Positions 1 through 12,982 of a stretch of 64,000 nucleotides of DNA are shown here, piece by piece; the stretch's first letter is position 1; the number at the start of each line of letters is the position of its first letter. Position numbers and translations under genes: made by a program. The stretch is from Eledone cirrhosa (Eukaryota), in assembly GCA_964016885.1 (NCBI GenBank), contig OZ024754.1, positions 33,294,001 to 33,358,000 on the forward strand. The letters are read 5' to 3'. The notes below the pieces were generated by a model. That model did not search any database. It was not told the origin of the DNA and was given only the letters and a program-made list of their open reading frames with translations.

Positions 1-54
1 CACAACCTCAAGATTGTGAATCCAATTCTCTAACCACTCAGCCACACGCCTTCA
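1..54 (-). mobile_element. tRNA-derived SINE head (truncated by window edge)
   Basis: Reverse complement reads GGCGTGTGGCTGAGTGGTTAGAG (Pol III A-box-like). Related heads occur near 7070-7165, 10310-10420, 11995-12070 and 48400-48570. Confidence 0.55.
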
Positions 55-69
55 CATATAAAAAGAAAA

Positions 70-403
70 TTATCTCTCTACCCACCCACCTATCTATCTA
101 CCCACCCAACTATCTATCTACCCACGCACCTATCTATCTCTCTATCTATCTACCCACCCACTTATCTATCTCTCTATCTATCTACCCACCCTCCTATCTA
201 TCTCTCTATCTATCTACCCACCCACCTATCTATCTACCCATCCACCTATCTACCTACCCACCCACATATCTATCTACCCACCCACCTATCTACCTACCTA
301 TCTAATCTATCTATCTACCCACCCTTCTATCTATCTATCTATCTATCTACCCACCCACCCCTCTATCTACCCACCCACCTACCCACCTATCTATCTATCT
401 ATC
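70..403. repeat. (CTAT)n/(CCCA)n compound microsatellite
   Basis: Direct reading. Confidence 0.95.
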
Positions 404-595
404 AATGGCTACTTATTGACTTGTAAAGCAAGCTTATCTTACTATTAATTAATGAAGAAGTGTACAGAAGAGCTGGCTCTGTCCCACCAGATCATCCCTC
501 CCATTACATCGTTTATTGTTCCACTTTGGTATTTTTATTATTTTTATGCATATGTGCACTGTGTCTATGTGCATATGGATGGGATATGTGCATGA

Positions 596-596
<1 letters not shown>

Positions 597-672
<76 letters not shown>

Positions 673-833
673 CATATATATATATATATGTATATATACA
701 TACATATATATATACATATACATATATACAGATATATATACACACATATATATATATATATATATACACACGTATATTTATACACACACACATATATGTA
801 TATATATATATATATTAATATATAAGTACATAT

Positions 834-867
<34 letters not shown>

Positions 868-1067
868 ACATATATGTATATATATACATATATATATGTA
901 TATACAAATGCATATATATAATTACATATATATATACATACAAACATATATATATATACATATATACATACATATATATATATATATAAACATATATATA
1001 TATATATATATGTGTACATATATATATACATATACATATATATATATATATATATACATATATATAA

Positions 1068-1144
<77 letters not shown>

Positions 1145-1180
1145 TATATATTTATATATATATATGTATATATATATATT
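597..1180. repeat. (TA)n/(TACA) microsatellite; many similar tracts throughout the window, e.g. 25090-25920, 54700-55330, 58600-60040
   Basis: Direct reading. Confidence 0.97.
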
Positions 1181-1412
1181 AATAGAGAGCGACGAGAGAT
1201 AATTCTCTCATCGTTGTCATTTCTCCTGATCCTACCCACCACCACCACCACAACAACAACAACAACAACAACATACGGCCGCTTGTCTCATCAATAATAA
1301 ACAGTCTATAATATTAATTTCCTTCGGCGTTAAGACCGCAAATGTGAAAGCGTTTCACCCTCTTAATGACCAATTACTTATGTATGAAGTACAGCGGTGT
1401 TTACAGAACAAA

Positions 1413-1718
1413 CGGTAGTGGCGGCGGCGGCGGCGGTGGTGGTGCTGGTGGTGGTGGTGGTGGTGGTGCTGGTGGTGCTGGTGGTGGTGCTGGTGGTGCT
1501 GGTGGTGGTGCTGGTGGTGGTGGTTGTGATGGTGGTGCTGGTGGTGGTGCTGGTGGTGATGCTGGTGGTGGTGGTGGTGATGGTGGTGGTGGTGGTGGTG
1601 GTGGTGGTTGTGCTGGTGGTGGTGGTTGTGATGGTGGTGCTGGTGGTGGTGCTGGTGGTGATGCTGGTGGTGGTGGTGGTGATGGTGGTGGTGGTGGTGG
1701 TGGTGGTAGTGGTGGTGG

Positions 1719-1749
<31 letters not shown>

Positions 1750-1781
1750 GGCGGTGGTGGTGGTGGTGGTGCTGGTGGTGG

Positions 1782-1812
<31 letters not shown>

Positions 1813-1907
1813 GGCGGTGGTGGTGGTGGTGATGCTGGTGGTGGTGGTGGTGATGGTGGTGGTGGTGGTGCTGGTGGTGATGGTGGTGGTGGTGGTGGTG
1901 GTGCTGG

Positions 1908-1938
<31 letters not shown>

Positions 1939-2031
1939 GATGCTGGTGGTGGTGGTGGTGGTGGTGCTACTGGTGGTGGTGGTGGTGGTGGTCATGGTGG
2001 TGGTGGTAGTGGTGGTGCTGGTGGCGGTGGT

Positions 2032-2062
<31 letters not shown>

Positions 2063-2520
2063 CTGGTGGTGGTTGTGGTGGTGGTGCTGTTAGTGGTTGT
2101 GGTGGTGGTGCTGGTGGTGCTGGTGGTGGTGCTGGTGATGGTGCTGGTGGTGGTGATGGTGGTGGTAGCGGTGGTGGTGGTCGTGGTGTTGGTGATATTA
2201 GTGGTGGTGGTGGTGGTGGTGGTGATGGTGGTGGTGATGGTGGTGGTGGTGGTGATGGCTGGTGGTGGTTGTGGTAGTGGTGGTGGTGATGGTGGTGGTG
2301 GTGGTGCTGGTGATAGTGGTGGTGATGGCGTTGGTGGTGGTGGTAGTGGTGGTGGTGGTGGTTGTGGTGGTGGTGCTGGTGGTGGTGGTGGTGGTGGTGG
2401 TCGTCGTGGTGGTGGTGGTGCTGGTGGTGGCGGTGGTGGTGGTGATGGCCGTGGTGGTGGTCGTCGTCGTCGTCGTCGTCGTTGTAGTGTTGGTAATGGC
2501 GGTGATGGTTGAGGTGGTGG
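1413..2520. repeat. (GGT)n-based degenerate trinucleotide tract; similar at 7440-7965, 15170-15905, 36605-37120, 43560-43735, 45955-48190
   Basis: Direct reading; explains the poly-G/T/V/P ORFs. Confidence 0.95.
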
Positions 2521-2544
2521 CCTTGTGCCTACGTATATATATAT

Positions 2545-2652
2545 ATATGTGTGTGTGTGTGAGAGAGAGAGAGAGTGTGTGTATGTGTGTGCGTGAGAGA
2601 GAGAGAGAGCGTGTGTGTGTGTGAAGGAGAGAGTGTGTGTGTGAGAGAGAGA

Positions 2653-2683
<31 letters not shown>

Positions 2684-3186
2684 GGTGTGTGTGTGAGAGA
2701 GAGAGAGAGAAAGGGTGTGTGTGTGAGAGAGAGAGAGTGTGTGTTTGTGTGTGTGTGTGTGTGAGTGTGTGTGAGTGTGTGTAAGTGTGTGTGAGAGAGA
2801 GAGTGTGTGTGTGAAAGAGAGAGTGTGTGTGAGAGAGAGAGTGTGTGTGTGTGTGAAAGAGAGCGTGTGTGTGTGAGAGAGAGAGGGTGTGTGTGAGTGT
2901 GTGTGTGCATGTGTCTTTGGCTGTGTCTGTGTGTGTGTCTGTGTGTGTATGTGTGCGTGTGTGTGTGTCTCTATGTGTGTGCGCGCGTATTTGTGTCTGG
3001 GTATGCATGTGTGCGTGTGTGTGTGTATGTGTGTGTGTATGTGTGTGCATGTCTGTGTGTGTGTGAGAGAGAGAGAGTGAGTGTGTGTGTATGTGTGCAT
3101 GTGCGCATGTGTGTGTATGTGTGTGTGCGCGCATGCGTGTGTGTCTCTGTGTGTGTGAGTGTGTGAGTGTGTGTGTGTGTGTATGT

Positions 3187-3243
<57 letters not shown>
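2545..3243. repeat. (GT)n/(GA)n compound microsatellite
   Basis: Direct reading. Confidence 0.95.
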
Positions 3244-3544
3244 AGGAAAAGAGCCGAGATGAGATTTATATCGGTGAAACGCTTTTTTATTGCTTTTGTT
3301 GTTTTGTTTGTTATGTTGTTGTTGTATTTCTGACGTCACCGGAGACTTGCTGCTGTTACTGCTGCTGTTGTTGTTGTTACTGCTGTTGTTGCTGCTGTAC
3401 TTGCTGCTGTTGCTGCTTCTGTTGCTGCTGGTGTTGTTGTTGCTGCTGTTGCTGCTTCTGTTGCTGCTGTTGTTGTTGTTGCTGCTATATCATTTGTTTT
3501 GTTAATAAAACGTTAATTCAGGTGAGAGGTAAATAAAAACACTC

Positions 3545-3980
3545 TGCCACACAACCTACTCCACACCATACCACACTACACCACACCTATCAACATCACA
3601 ACACAACACACCACAGCTAAGTACATCACAACACAACACACCACACCACAGCTAAGTACATCACAATACACCACAGCTAACTACATCACACCACAACCCA
3701 CCACACCACACTACACCACACCACACTCCAACACACCACAGCTAAGTACATCACACTCACCGCACCACACCACACTACACCACTCCTAACCATACCACAG
3801 CTAACTACAGCACAGCACAGCACACCACACCCCAACACACCGCAGCTAACTACATAACACCACAACACACCATACCACAACAGAGCACAGCTAACTACAT
3901 CACAGCACACCCCACCATACCACACTACACCACACTCCAATACACCACAACACACCACAGCTAACTACATCTCAGCACAC
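3545..3980. repeat. CAC-rich degenerate minisatellite with recurring CACAGCTAA(C/G)TACAT core
   Basis: Core seen about 8 times with variable ACACC spacers. Confidence 0.85.
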
Positions 3981-4132
3981 TGCATCCACTTAAACACACA
4001 AAGACATACATACACTTTGCACTCACGCGTATACACCTCACAGACGCGCATCCCCTGCCCATATATATATATATATATCATTTATATATATATATATACC
4101 TGTCCCTTCAATCTATCTTATTTCTCATTCTT

Positions 4133-4168
4133 TCTTCTGATGAAGGACTAGCGTCCGAAACGTCAAGA
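4133..4168 (+). ncRNA. Minimal type I hammerhead ribozyme (PLE-type)
   Basis: tctt-CTGATGA-a-ggac tagc gtcc-GAAA-cg-TC-aaga: stem I tctt/aaga, stem II ggac/gtcc, palindromic stem III ACGT, GUC cleavage triplet. Confidence 0.85.
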
Positions 4169-4261
4169 CCCTTTTCCTGCTATTTCAAGCATTAACCTAA
4201 TATATTCCTTTCATATACTGTACCGATTGTGTCGTTACTCTATTTACTTTTTACATATATA

Positions 4262-4480
4262 TATACAATGATATTTAATAAATGGAAACTAATTATAAAA
4301 CCATATTTATTCTATAAATATAGTTTCCATTTATAAATATAATTTCCATTTATTAAATATCATTGAATATTATACTCCAGAAAACTTGTTGAGTGCTCTG
4401 AATCAGTTATAAACATTTATATTTGTTGAATTACCAACAAATTGAATATCCCTTTTGCTTTATTTTTTATCATTTATTTT
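4262..4480. mobile_element. Fold-back fragment of HHR family A (both arms truncated before the ribozyme)
   Basis: caatgatatttaataaatggaaact ... tttccatttattaaatatcattg inverted arms, then tail aatattatactccagaaaacttgttgagtgctc shared with 21680-21780 and 34555-34630. Confidence 0.7.
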
Positions 4481-4684
4481 GTTTTGACCTGTTTAGCTTG
4501 ATTTGGTTTTTGGCTTGGGTGGTTAATGCTTTCTTGATCACCTTTTCAGTTTTGTATGGCTTCTTAACACATTGTTTAGCTCTGGTTTTTAACTATTGAG
4601 CACTTTGCCAGTATCATTTCTGATTTTTGCGTTTCGCTTCGCTTTTCCTGCCCGCCGAAATGCGATTCTCGCTGAATCTTTATT

Positions 4685-4720
<36 letters not shown>

Positions 4721-4851
4721 AATAAAGATTCAGCGAGAATCGCAAATATATATAGCAGTAAATAAGATGATAGCCATTCAATGGCTATCATCGAAATATA
4801 TATAGCAGTAAATAAAGGATTATGAGTTCATGCAATTGACTTATGTTTCGT

Positions 4852-4911
<60 letters not shown>

Positions 4912-4916
<5 letters not shown>

Positions 4917-5233
4917 GAAACAAAATGGCGTAGGATAGAACAAAGGAGAGGCACAGAAACAAAGAAAGGAATCCCAGTCACTGAAGAGGTCACAGAGTGT
5001 GTGACGAAAGAACTATGACAATATATAAACAACTATCTGGTTGTGGAACCAACCAACCAACCAGAAATTTATAAATTTATTATAAATTTATTATAAATTT
5101 ATTATAATAAATTGAAGTGAAAGCAACTGGTGCGTGTGTTTCGTATTGGCAACATGACCCTCCCAAAGTGTAACAATATCGGTTTCAACACACGATTTCA
5201 GATAAAGAATCTTGCTAAACAAATTCAGAAACG

Positions 5234-5238
<5 letters not shown>
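4912..5238 (+). mobile_element. HHR-bearing PLE pseudo-LTR-like element, family B
   Basis: Flanked by (TA)n. Other copies at 17171-17439, 40914-41082, 53222-53522 (-) and a 19-nt end fragment at 26267-26285. Confidence 0.75.
4977..5019 (+). ncRNA. Hammerhead ribozyme (family B)
   Basis: gtca-CTGAAGA-g-gtcaca...tgtgac-GAAA-gaac-TA-tgac; stem I gtca/tgac. Confidence 0.75.
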
Positions 5239-5283
<45 letters not shown>

Positions 5284-5499
5284 ACATATACAAACGCATA
5301 CACACAAACATGAACACAAACTCACACATATATTCATTTACTTATTTACTTGTACTAGCCGACAGGCTGTGGCCATGCTGGGTCACTACCATTACCACAA
5401 CAACACTTTCTCTAGCCAACCTTCCTTTGTAGGTCATTGATGTAAAAGTGAGTTTGTCGCTGGCGTCCTTATTTGTGCTTCACTTGGTGCTGTGAGTTC

Positions 5500-6300
5500 A
5501 TCTGAAATCTTGGTTAGCAGAATGTCAGGATGTTTCTTGAAATCAACTACATCCAGACCTGGTAGATCACTCAGGGTACTTTTGGCAAGTTATTAAAGAA
5601 CTGTAGCCTTTTGAACCCCAGGTTCTTATTCTAGATGTAAAGGATGGGAATTTTGGAACCACACTGTGGCGCACTGTTCGTGGGTTGGTCAAGCTCTTAA
5701 TGCCAAAGTTTAGTGCTAATCCTTCCAGGAGCTTCCATATGTATATCACTCTATATATATCTCCTGTATTTGTTCCAGGGAATTGAGTTTCAGTTTTTTC
5801 AGCCTCTCCCTCATCATCTTCATTAAGACAATCTTCATGGTGCAGCTCTATTGAATTGCTACAAGTCTGCGATTACTTAGTCACTTTGGGTCGATCACAG
5901 CTGTGAGCTATAGTCCGGTCGGCTGAAGACAAATGTCCTTCAGAGGATCAACCCGCTCTTTTGTCCTAAAAGTCCTCAGAATCCAACGACCCAGTCGTTT
6001 GAACATTGACTCCATTTTAATGATGTGTGCATGAAAGATGAATCATTGCTCATGTCAATACCCAGGTCCCGCATTGATTTCTACTCGGGGATTTCGATTC
6101 CTCTTGGTCCGATGTAGCTTTGTTATAGTGGTCTTGTGTTTGCAGGTTGATAGCGAAGGGCTTGAAAATTACTTACATTAAACTGTATATTATTGTCCTC
6201 AGTCCATTTATATATAGTGTTTAAATCATCAAATATCCACGAGGCCCTTCTTTGTTCTCCTGGTCTCCGACTGATGTCCACCCTGATCCTCGCTATAAAG
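5500..6300 (-). pseudogene. Decayed CR1-like LINE ORF2, post-RT region
   Basis: Minus-strand peptides DDLNTIYKWTEDNNIQFNV, MRDLGIDMSND, LGRWILRTFRTK and IYIWKLLEGL with frameshifts; second short copy at 10100-10244 (+). Confidence 0.75.
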
Positions 6301-6797
6301 ATAACATACTACGGGCTGTTTATATAACCTCCTTTTTAGATCCTCCTAGATATGATGCAGCCATCAGTAAAGGTCTATTACACTACACCACACAAGAAAA
6401 TATAGATAATTATAAATCGTTCTCTACAAAAACTGGTGACGAACCGACTTCGTTTTGCCCATTAACGAAACACCATTAGTTTCACCCCAAGACTACAGAG
6501 AAAAAGAATTTAATGGTGATGTGTTATGTCCTTGGGCAAGACACTTTATTTCACGTTGCTCTTTCTGCCAAGAGTTGCAACCGATAGATAGTATCATTAA
6601 TGGAAAGGTTAATAGAAAGACTAATAGAAACATTATTTCCTTGGTCCGATTTGATGAGTTCCACCCCACTCGGTAAGTGAATGAGGTCTGGGATCTTGTG
6701 GGTCGTCTAAAATATAAATATAGCTCACCCCTGTACAGGTTTAATTGGCCTCCTATAATGTTACATCTTATAGAAGTGTTTGTGAGTGTGTTTTATT

Positions 6798-7016
6798 AAT
6801 GATTTCTAGTTTAGGCACACAGCCAGCAATTTTGGAGGAGGGGAAAGTTGATTAAATCGACCCCAGTGCGTGACTGGTACTTTATTTTATTGACCCTATA
6901 AAGATGAAATGCAAAGTTAACCTCGACGGAATTTGAACTCAGATCACAAAGGGCCGTAACTCTATGCTGCAAAGCGTGGCGTCCGCCCCTCTACCGATAC
7001 TGCCAATCCACCGCCC
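6798..7016 (-). mobile_element. Major tRNA-derived SINE, long variant
   Basis: GGGCGGTGGATTGGCAGTATCGG head, GAGTTCAAATYCC B-box, TTTCATC..GGGGTCGATAAAATAAAGTACCAG-type core, (ATT) tail. Confidence 0.85.
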
Positions 7017-8035
7017 TGGTGTGTTTTAATAATAGACCTAGTCATATCATGAAAAGTAATAGAAAATGAAGTGTCTTACTCAGTAACACAACGCACTGTC
7101 CGATACAGAAATCGAACCCTAACATTAGGATTATAAGCCAAAGAATCTTAACCACGAGGCACTCACATTCATGATTACAGAGAGAGCGTCCGGATGTTAT
7201 GAATAATTTAAGCAGGCGTGTCGGTTAAGTAGAATGTTAAAGCAAGTGCATTGCTCTGCATCTATGGACACATTAAATATAGATAAGGGCCCAGTGTTTA
7301 CGGTAACATCAACATGCTGGATTCTTTTCTTACCTACCGCAGTCACGTGTCTAGCGTTCATTGTTGAATTTCGACCATAGAGAAGTCTATGGCTAGAGAG
7401 AGATGGAAATGGAGGTACAGCCATTAATTATAACGATAGTGGTGGTGCTGGTGGTGGGGTAGGTGGTGATGTTGATCGGGGTGTTGGTGGTGCTGGTGAT
7501 GGTGTTGATGGTAGTGGTGCTTGTGGTGGTGTTGATGGTAGTGGTGCTTATGGTGGTGTTGGTGGTGCTGGTGATGGTGTTGATGGTAGTGGTGCTTGTG
7601 GTGGCGATGGTGGTGCTGGGGCTGGTGATGATGGTGGTGGCGCTTGTGGTGGCGTTGGTGGTGTTGATGGGGGTGTTGATGGTAGTGGTGCTTGTGGTGG
7701 TGTGGGTAGTGTTGATGGTGGTGTTGATGGTAGTGGTGATTGTGGTGGCGTTGGTGGTGTTGATGGTAGTGGTGCTTGCGGTGGTGTTGGTGGTGCTGGT
7801 GCTGGTGATGATGGTGGTGGTGTTGATGGTGGTGTTGATGGTAGTGGTGCTTGTGGTGGTGTTGGTGATGTTGATGGTGGTGTTGATGGTAGTGGTGCTT
7901 GTGGTGGCGTTGGTGATGTTGATGGTAGTGGTGCTGGTGTTGGTGGTGTTGGTGCTTGTGGTGGTGTACAAAGAGGTAGTAAACTTATTGGTGAATGTGG
8001 TGGTGTAAGTAAAGACAAATCTGAAACTTACTCGG

Positions 8036-9495
8036 CTTGGTCAGACCTGCCTGGTTGGGGCTGACCTGCCTGGTTGGGTCAGACCTGCCTGGTTGGGTCA
8101 GACCTGCCTGGTTGGGTCAGACCTGCCTGGTTGGGTCAGACCTGCCTGGTTGGGTCTGACCTGCCTGGTTGGGTCTGACCGGCCTGGTTGGGTCTGGCCT
8201 GCCTGGTTGGGGCTGACCTGCCTGGTTGGGTCAGACCTGCCTGGTTGGGTCAGACCTGCCTGGTTGGGTCAGACCTGCCTGGTTGGGTCAGACCTGCCTG
8301 GTTGGGTCAGACTTGCCTGGTTGGGTCAGACCTGCCTGGTTGGGTCAGACCTGCCTGGTTGGGTCAGACCTGCCTGGTTGGGTCAGACCTGCCTGGTTGG
8401 GTCAGACCTGCCTGGTTGGGTCAGACTTGCCTGGTTGGGTCAGACCTGCCTGGTTGGGTCTGACCTGCCTGGTTGGGTCTGACCTGCCTGGTTGGGTCTG
8501 ACCTGCCTGGTTGGGTCAGACTTGCCTGGTTAGGTCTGACCTGCCTGGTTGGGTCTGACCTGCCTGGTTGGGTCAGACCTGCCTGGTTGGGTCAGACCTG
8601 CCTGGTTGGGTCAGACCTGCCTGGTTGGGTCAGACTTGCCTGGTTGGGTCAGACCTGCCTGGTTGGGTCAGACCTGCCTGGTTGGGTCAGACCTGCCTGG
8701 TTGGGTCAGACTTGCCTGGTTGGGTCAGACCTGCCTGGTTGGGTCAGACTTGCCTGGTTGGGTCTGACCTGCCTGGTTGGGTCAGACCTGCCTGGTTGGG
8801 TCAGACTTGCCTGGTTGCTTCAGACCTGCCTGGTTGGGTCAGACCTGCCTGGTTGGGTCAGACCTGCCTGGTTGGGTCAGACTTGCCTGGTTGGGTCAGA
8901 CCTGCCTGGTTGGGTCAGACTTGCCTGGTTGGGTCTGACCTGCCTGGTTGGGTCAGACCTGCCTGGTTGGGTCTAACCTGCCTGGTTGGGTCAGACTTGC
9001 CTGGTTGGGTCAGACCTGCCTGGTTGGGTCAGACCTGCCTGGTTGGGTCTGACCTGCCTGGTTGGGTCAGACCTGCCTGGTTGGGTCAGACCTGCCTGGT
9101 TGGGTCTGACCTGCCTGGTTAGGTCAGACTTGCCTGGTTGCCTCAGACCTGCCTGGTTGGGTCAGACCTGCCTGGTTGGGTCAGACCTGCCTGGTTGGGT
9201 CAGACCTGCCTGGTTGGGTCAGACCTGCCTGGTTGGGTGTGACCTGCCTGGTTGGGTCTGACCTGCCTGGTTGGGTCAGACCTGCATGGTTGGGTCTGAC
9301 CTGCCTGGTTGGGCCTGACCTGCCTGGTTGGGTCAGACTTGCCTGGTTAGGTCTGACCTGCCTGGTTGGGTCTGACCTGCCTGGTTGTGTCTGACCTGCC
9401 TGGTTGGGTCAGACTTGCCTGGTTAGGTCTGACCTGCCTGGTTGAGTCAGACCTGCCTGGTTGGGTCAGACCTGTCTGGTTGGGTCAGACCTGCC
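8036..9495. repeat. 19-bp minisatellite (GGTTGGGTCAGACCTGCCT), about 77 units
   Basis: Direct reading; the 19-aa ORF periodicity equals three units. Confidence 0.97.
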
Positions 9496-9576
9496 AGATA
9501 AAGGTCACATCGAAACTTGGATCAAGCTGTTCATTTCTTTCTATCTAAAGAGAAATACTTAAATAAGACATATTTA

Positions 9577-9801
9577 GGGCGGTAGATTGGCAGTATCGGT
9601 AGAGGGTCGGACGCCATGCTTTGCAGCATAGAGTTACGGCCCTTTATGATCTGAGTTCAAATCCCGCCGAGGTTAACTTTGCCTTTCATCCTTGAGGGGT
9701 CGATAAAATAAAGTACCAGTAATGCCCTGGCGTCGTTTTAATCGACTTTCCCCTCTCCCAAAATTGCTGGCCTTGTGCCTAAAGTAAAAACAATTATTAT
9801 T
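9577..9801 (+). mobile_element. Major SINE, full length; partial tandem copy follows at 9830-9960
   Basis: Same head, core and tail as the other copies. Confidence 0.88.
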
Positions 9802-10241
9802 ACAATGTCAAACGAATTCCCAGCAGAGTTTGTTCCGGCCCTTTAAGTTCTTGGTTCAAACCCCGCCGAGGTTAGCTTTACTTTTCATCCGTCCGAGCTC
9901 GATAAAATAAAGTACCAGTTATGTCCTGGGGAAATAAATATAATCGACTTTCCCCTTCACCCCGTGTTGTCTTTAAGTCTACCTCAACCCAGGAAGCTAG
10001 TCAAACTGGTACTTATCCCGGTTTTGTGGCGTGAAGCGAGTGAAAGTACAAAATCCCCCCTGGACAGGACGCCAGTCCATTGCATGTCTGTTGTCTTTAT
10101 AGCGAGGATCAGTGTGGGCATCAGTCGGGGACCCGGAGAACAAAATAGGGACTCATGGATATTTGATGATCTAAACACTATATACAAATGGACTGAGGAC
10201 AATAATAGGCAGTTTAATGTAAGTAAATGTCAAGCCCTCCG

Positions 10242-10265
10242 CTAACCCTAACCCTAACCCTAACC
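10242..10265. repeat. Short interstitial telomeric repeat (CTAACC)4
   Basis: ctaaccctaaccctaaccctaacc = TTAGGG on the minus strand. Confidence 0.8.
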
Positions 10266-10761
10266 ACCAACTATTACTAATACTCATTCTTAGCTGGGTA
10301 CACTGGAGCAACAGGAAATAAAGAGTTTTGCCCAAGAACACAACACAGAGCCCAGTCCAGGAATGGAACCCACAACATTATTAGCATAAGTCCTATACCC
10401 TCACCACGAGGCCACGTGTCTCCACAATTTGCCGAGCTTGTGCCAAGTATTGTTGTCTTTATAATTACCATTTCTTTATAAGGGTTAGTTTAAACCATAA
10501 ATCAGATATAAATGTTTAATATGTTTATTTAAATCTTGTCACGGCTAGACTACAGTACATTGTTTGCAAGCTGATATGTATGGTTCGTGTCGTTCTATGA
10601 TGATTTCTATATCATTTCTGTATTGTATTGTAATCTTTTGTCTATTGATATACCATATACAGTTGAAGTATTATACTAGCGAAGTTGGATGTTTTCCATA
10701 GTGGAATAGACAAGTGTGTCTACACGTGTTTCAATGTGTTCACGTGTATTTGCCTATGTGC

Positions 10762-10849
<88 letters not shown>

Positions 10850-10888
10850 TGAGAGAGAGACAGAGAGAGAGAGAGAAAGTGAGAGAGC

Positions 10889-10921
<33 letters not shown>

Positions 10922-10945
10922 TTATATATATAGATATATATATGG

Positions 10946-11058
<113 letters not shown>

Positions 11059-11066
11059 TGATAGAG

Positions 11067-11100
<34 letters not shown>

Positions 11101-11223
11101 CTCTCTCTCAATTTCTCTCTCTCTCTATATATATATATACACTTACAGACAAACACACGTAACATACACACACACACATATATAAATAAATATATATATA
11201 GAGTGTATATATATATAAAATAC

Positions 11224-11277
<54 letters not shown>

Positions 11278-11292
11278 ATATGTATATATATT

Positions 11293-11323
<31 letters not shown>

Positions 11324-11625
11324 TTATTTATATATATATATTTATATATATATGTGTGTGTGTATGTTACGTGTGTTTGTCTGTATGTGTCCACGCGTGC
11401 TTGAGTGTATCCTCCACGTGTGTTTGCCTGTGTGTTTGTGTGTGTTACTTGTCTGTGTGTGTGTATCCACGTGTGTGTGTCTATGTGTGGATGTCTCTCT
11501 GTATGTATATAAAAAAACAAACAAATCAGTGACAGTATTGGTGAATATAAGAGGGAAAGAGATCGAATAACAGTCGGGAAAGATACGTATAATAAATATG
11601 TAGTGTATGTATCTGTGTATGTCTG

Positions 11626-11669
<44 letters not shown>

Positions 11670-11793
11670 AGTGTGTGTATATATAGAGACACTTCCGTGT
11701 ATATAGCATACCGTGTATTCGTGTATAATACGCACTCGCAAACTAAACAAGAAAAAAGTGAAAAAGACTCCGCGATATACACGGAAGAATACG

Positions 11794-11877
<84 letters not shown>

Positions 11878-12074
11878 CGACAGTCGATCGACTTTCGTCA
11901 TATCGAACCGAGGAAACAATGTTTCCATTGGTCTTTCCAATTGCTAATACTGTCTATCGGTCAGTCGCAACACCAAGTAGAAGGAGCAATGTGCAATAAA
12001 GTGTCTTGCTCAAGGACATAACGCATCGCCCGGTCCGGGAAACGAACTCACAACCTCACCATTGCGCCACGCGC

Positions 12075-12131
<57 letters not shown>

Positions 12132-12132
<1 letters not shown>

Positions 12133-12439
12133 CTAGCAGAATGGCCCGGTGTTGCTCGGGATTTGCTCTACGGTTCTTATAAATTTGATATATATTTATC
12201 CTTATCGAGCCTCTTGAAATAAATACGTTTGTTTATATTTTGTTATTGTGTATGCAAAAATATCTGTACACGAATATATAATTATATATATATATATATA
12301 TATATACATTAAAATAACATATTAAAGTTTAAGCAAAGAATCGCTGCTTTCACTCTTAATGGGATCTTCTGAAACTACAAAAATCAATCTGTGAACGCAG
12401 ATGTAAATATTTCGGAAAACGTTACACACTATATATATA

Positions 12440-12520
<81 letters not shown>

Positions 12521-12846
12521 GCACACACTATATATATACAAATATATACACACACACAACGTCATAATGTCATAATGCAGACAGGCAGACATACAGACAG
12601 ATATTATAAGGGCGCAACGTTATATCTATGTATCTATCTAAAAAGAAAGACTAAGAATTATAGAGAGAGATCGCTAAATCGCCTAATGCGGTCCCTAGGG
12701 CATTGAAAATTTGAAAATTTTTTTCGCTCAAAACACTCACAGGACCATAAGTATTACATTTGTAAAGCTAGAAAACAATCGGTTGGGTGGCTCTCGAGTT
12801 TTAAGGAGTCAGACAGACAGACATTCTCTGTTTTAGATATATAGAT
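12132..12846 (+). mobile_element. Helentron/HINE (DINE-1-like) non-autonomous element with nested insertions
   Basis: 5' ACTAGCAG..CCCGGTGTTGCTCGGG hairpin; 3' (ACAG)n then TTTTAGATATATAGAT; interior holds pieces of the 40256 family. Confidence 0.55.
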
Positions 12847-12982
12847 TATGGGACGAAGCTTATCAAATAGAGTTAACACAACTTCAGAGGAAGAAGAAGA
12901 CGACGATGACTATTTCAATGGATCCGAACTAGCGACTCTTCAGTTCGGATCCGAATGCTTAATGGATCTGCTTCGCTACAAT

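Noticed and set aside
8093-9548. Repeat-protein ORFs (GQTCLVGSDLPGWVRPAWL)n
   Set aside because: The unit is 19 bp, so the same peptide appears in all three frames with scattered stops
9577-9670. tRNA gene
   Set aside because: A/B boxes belong to SINE heads; no full cloverleaf
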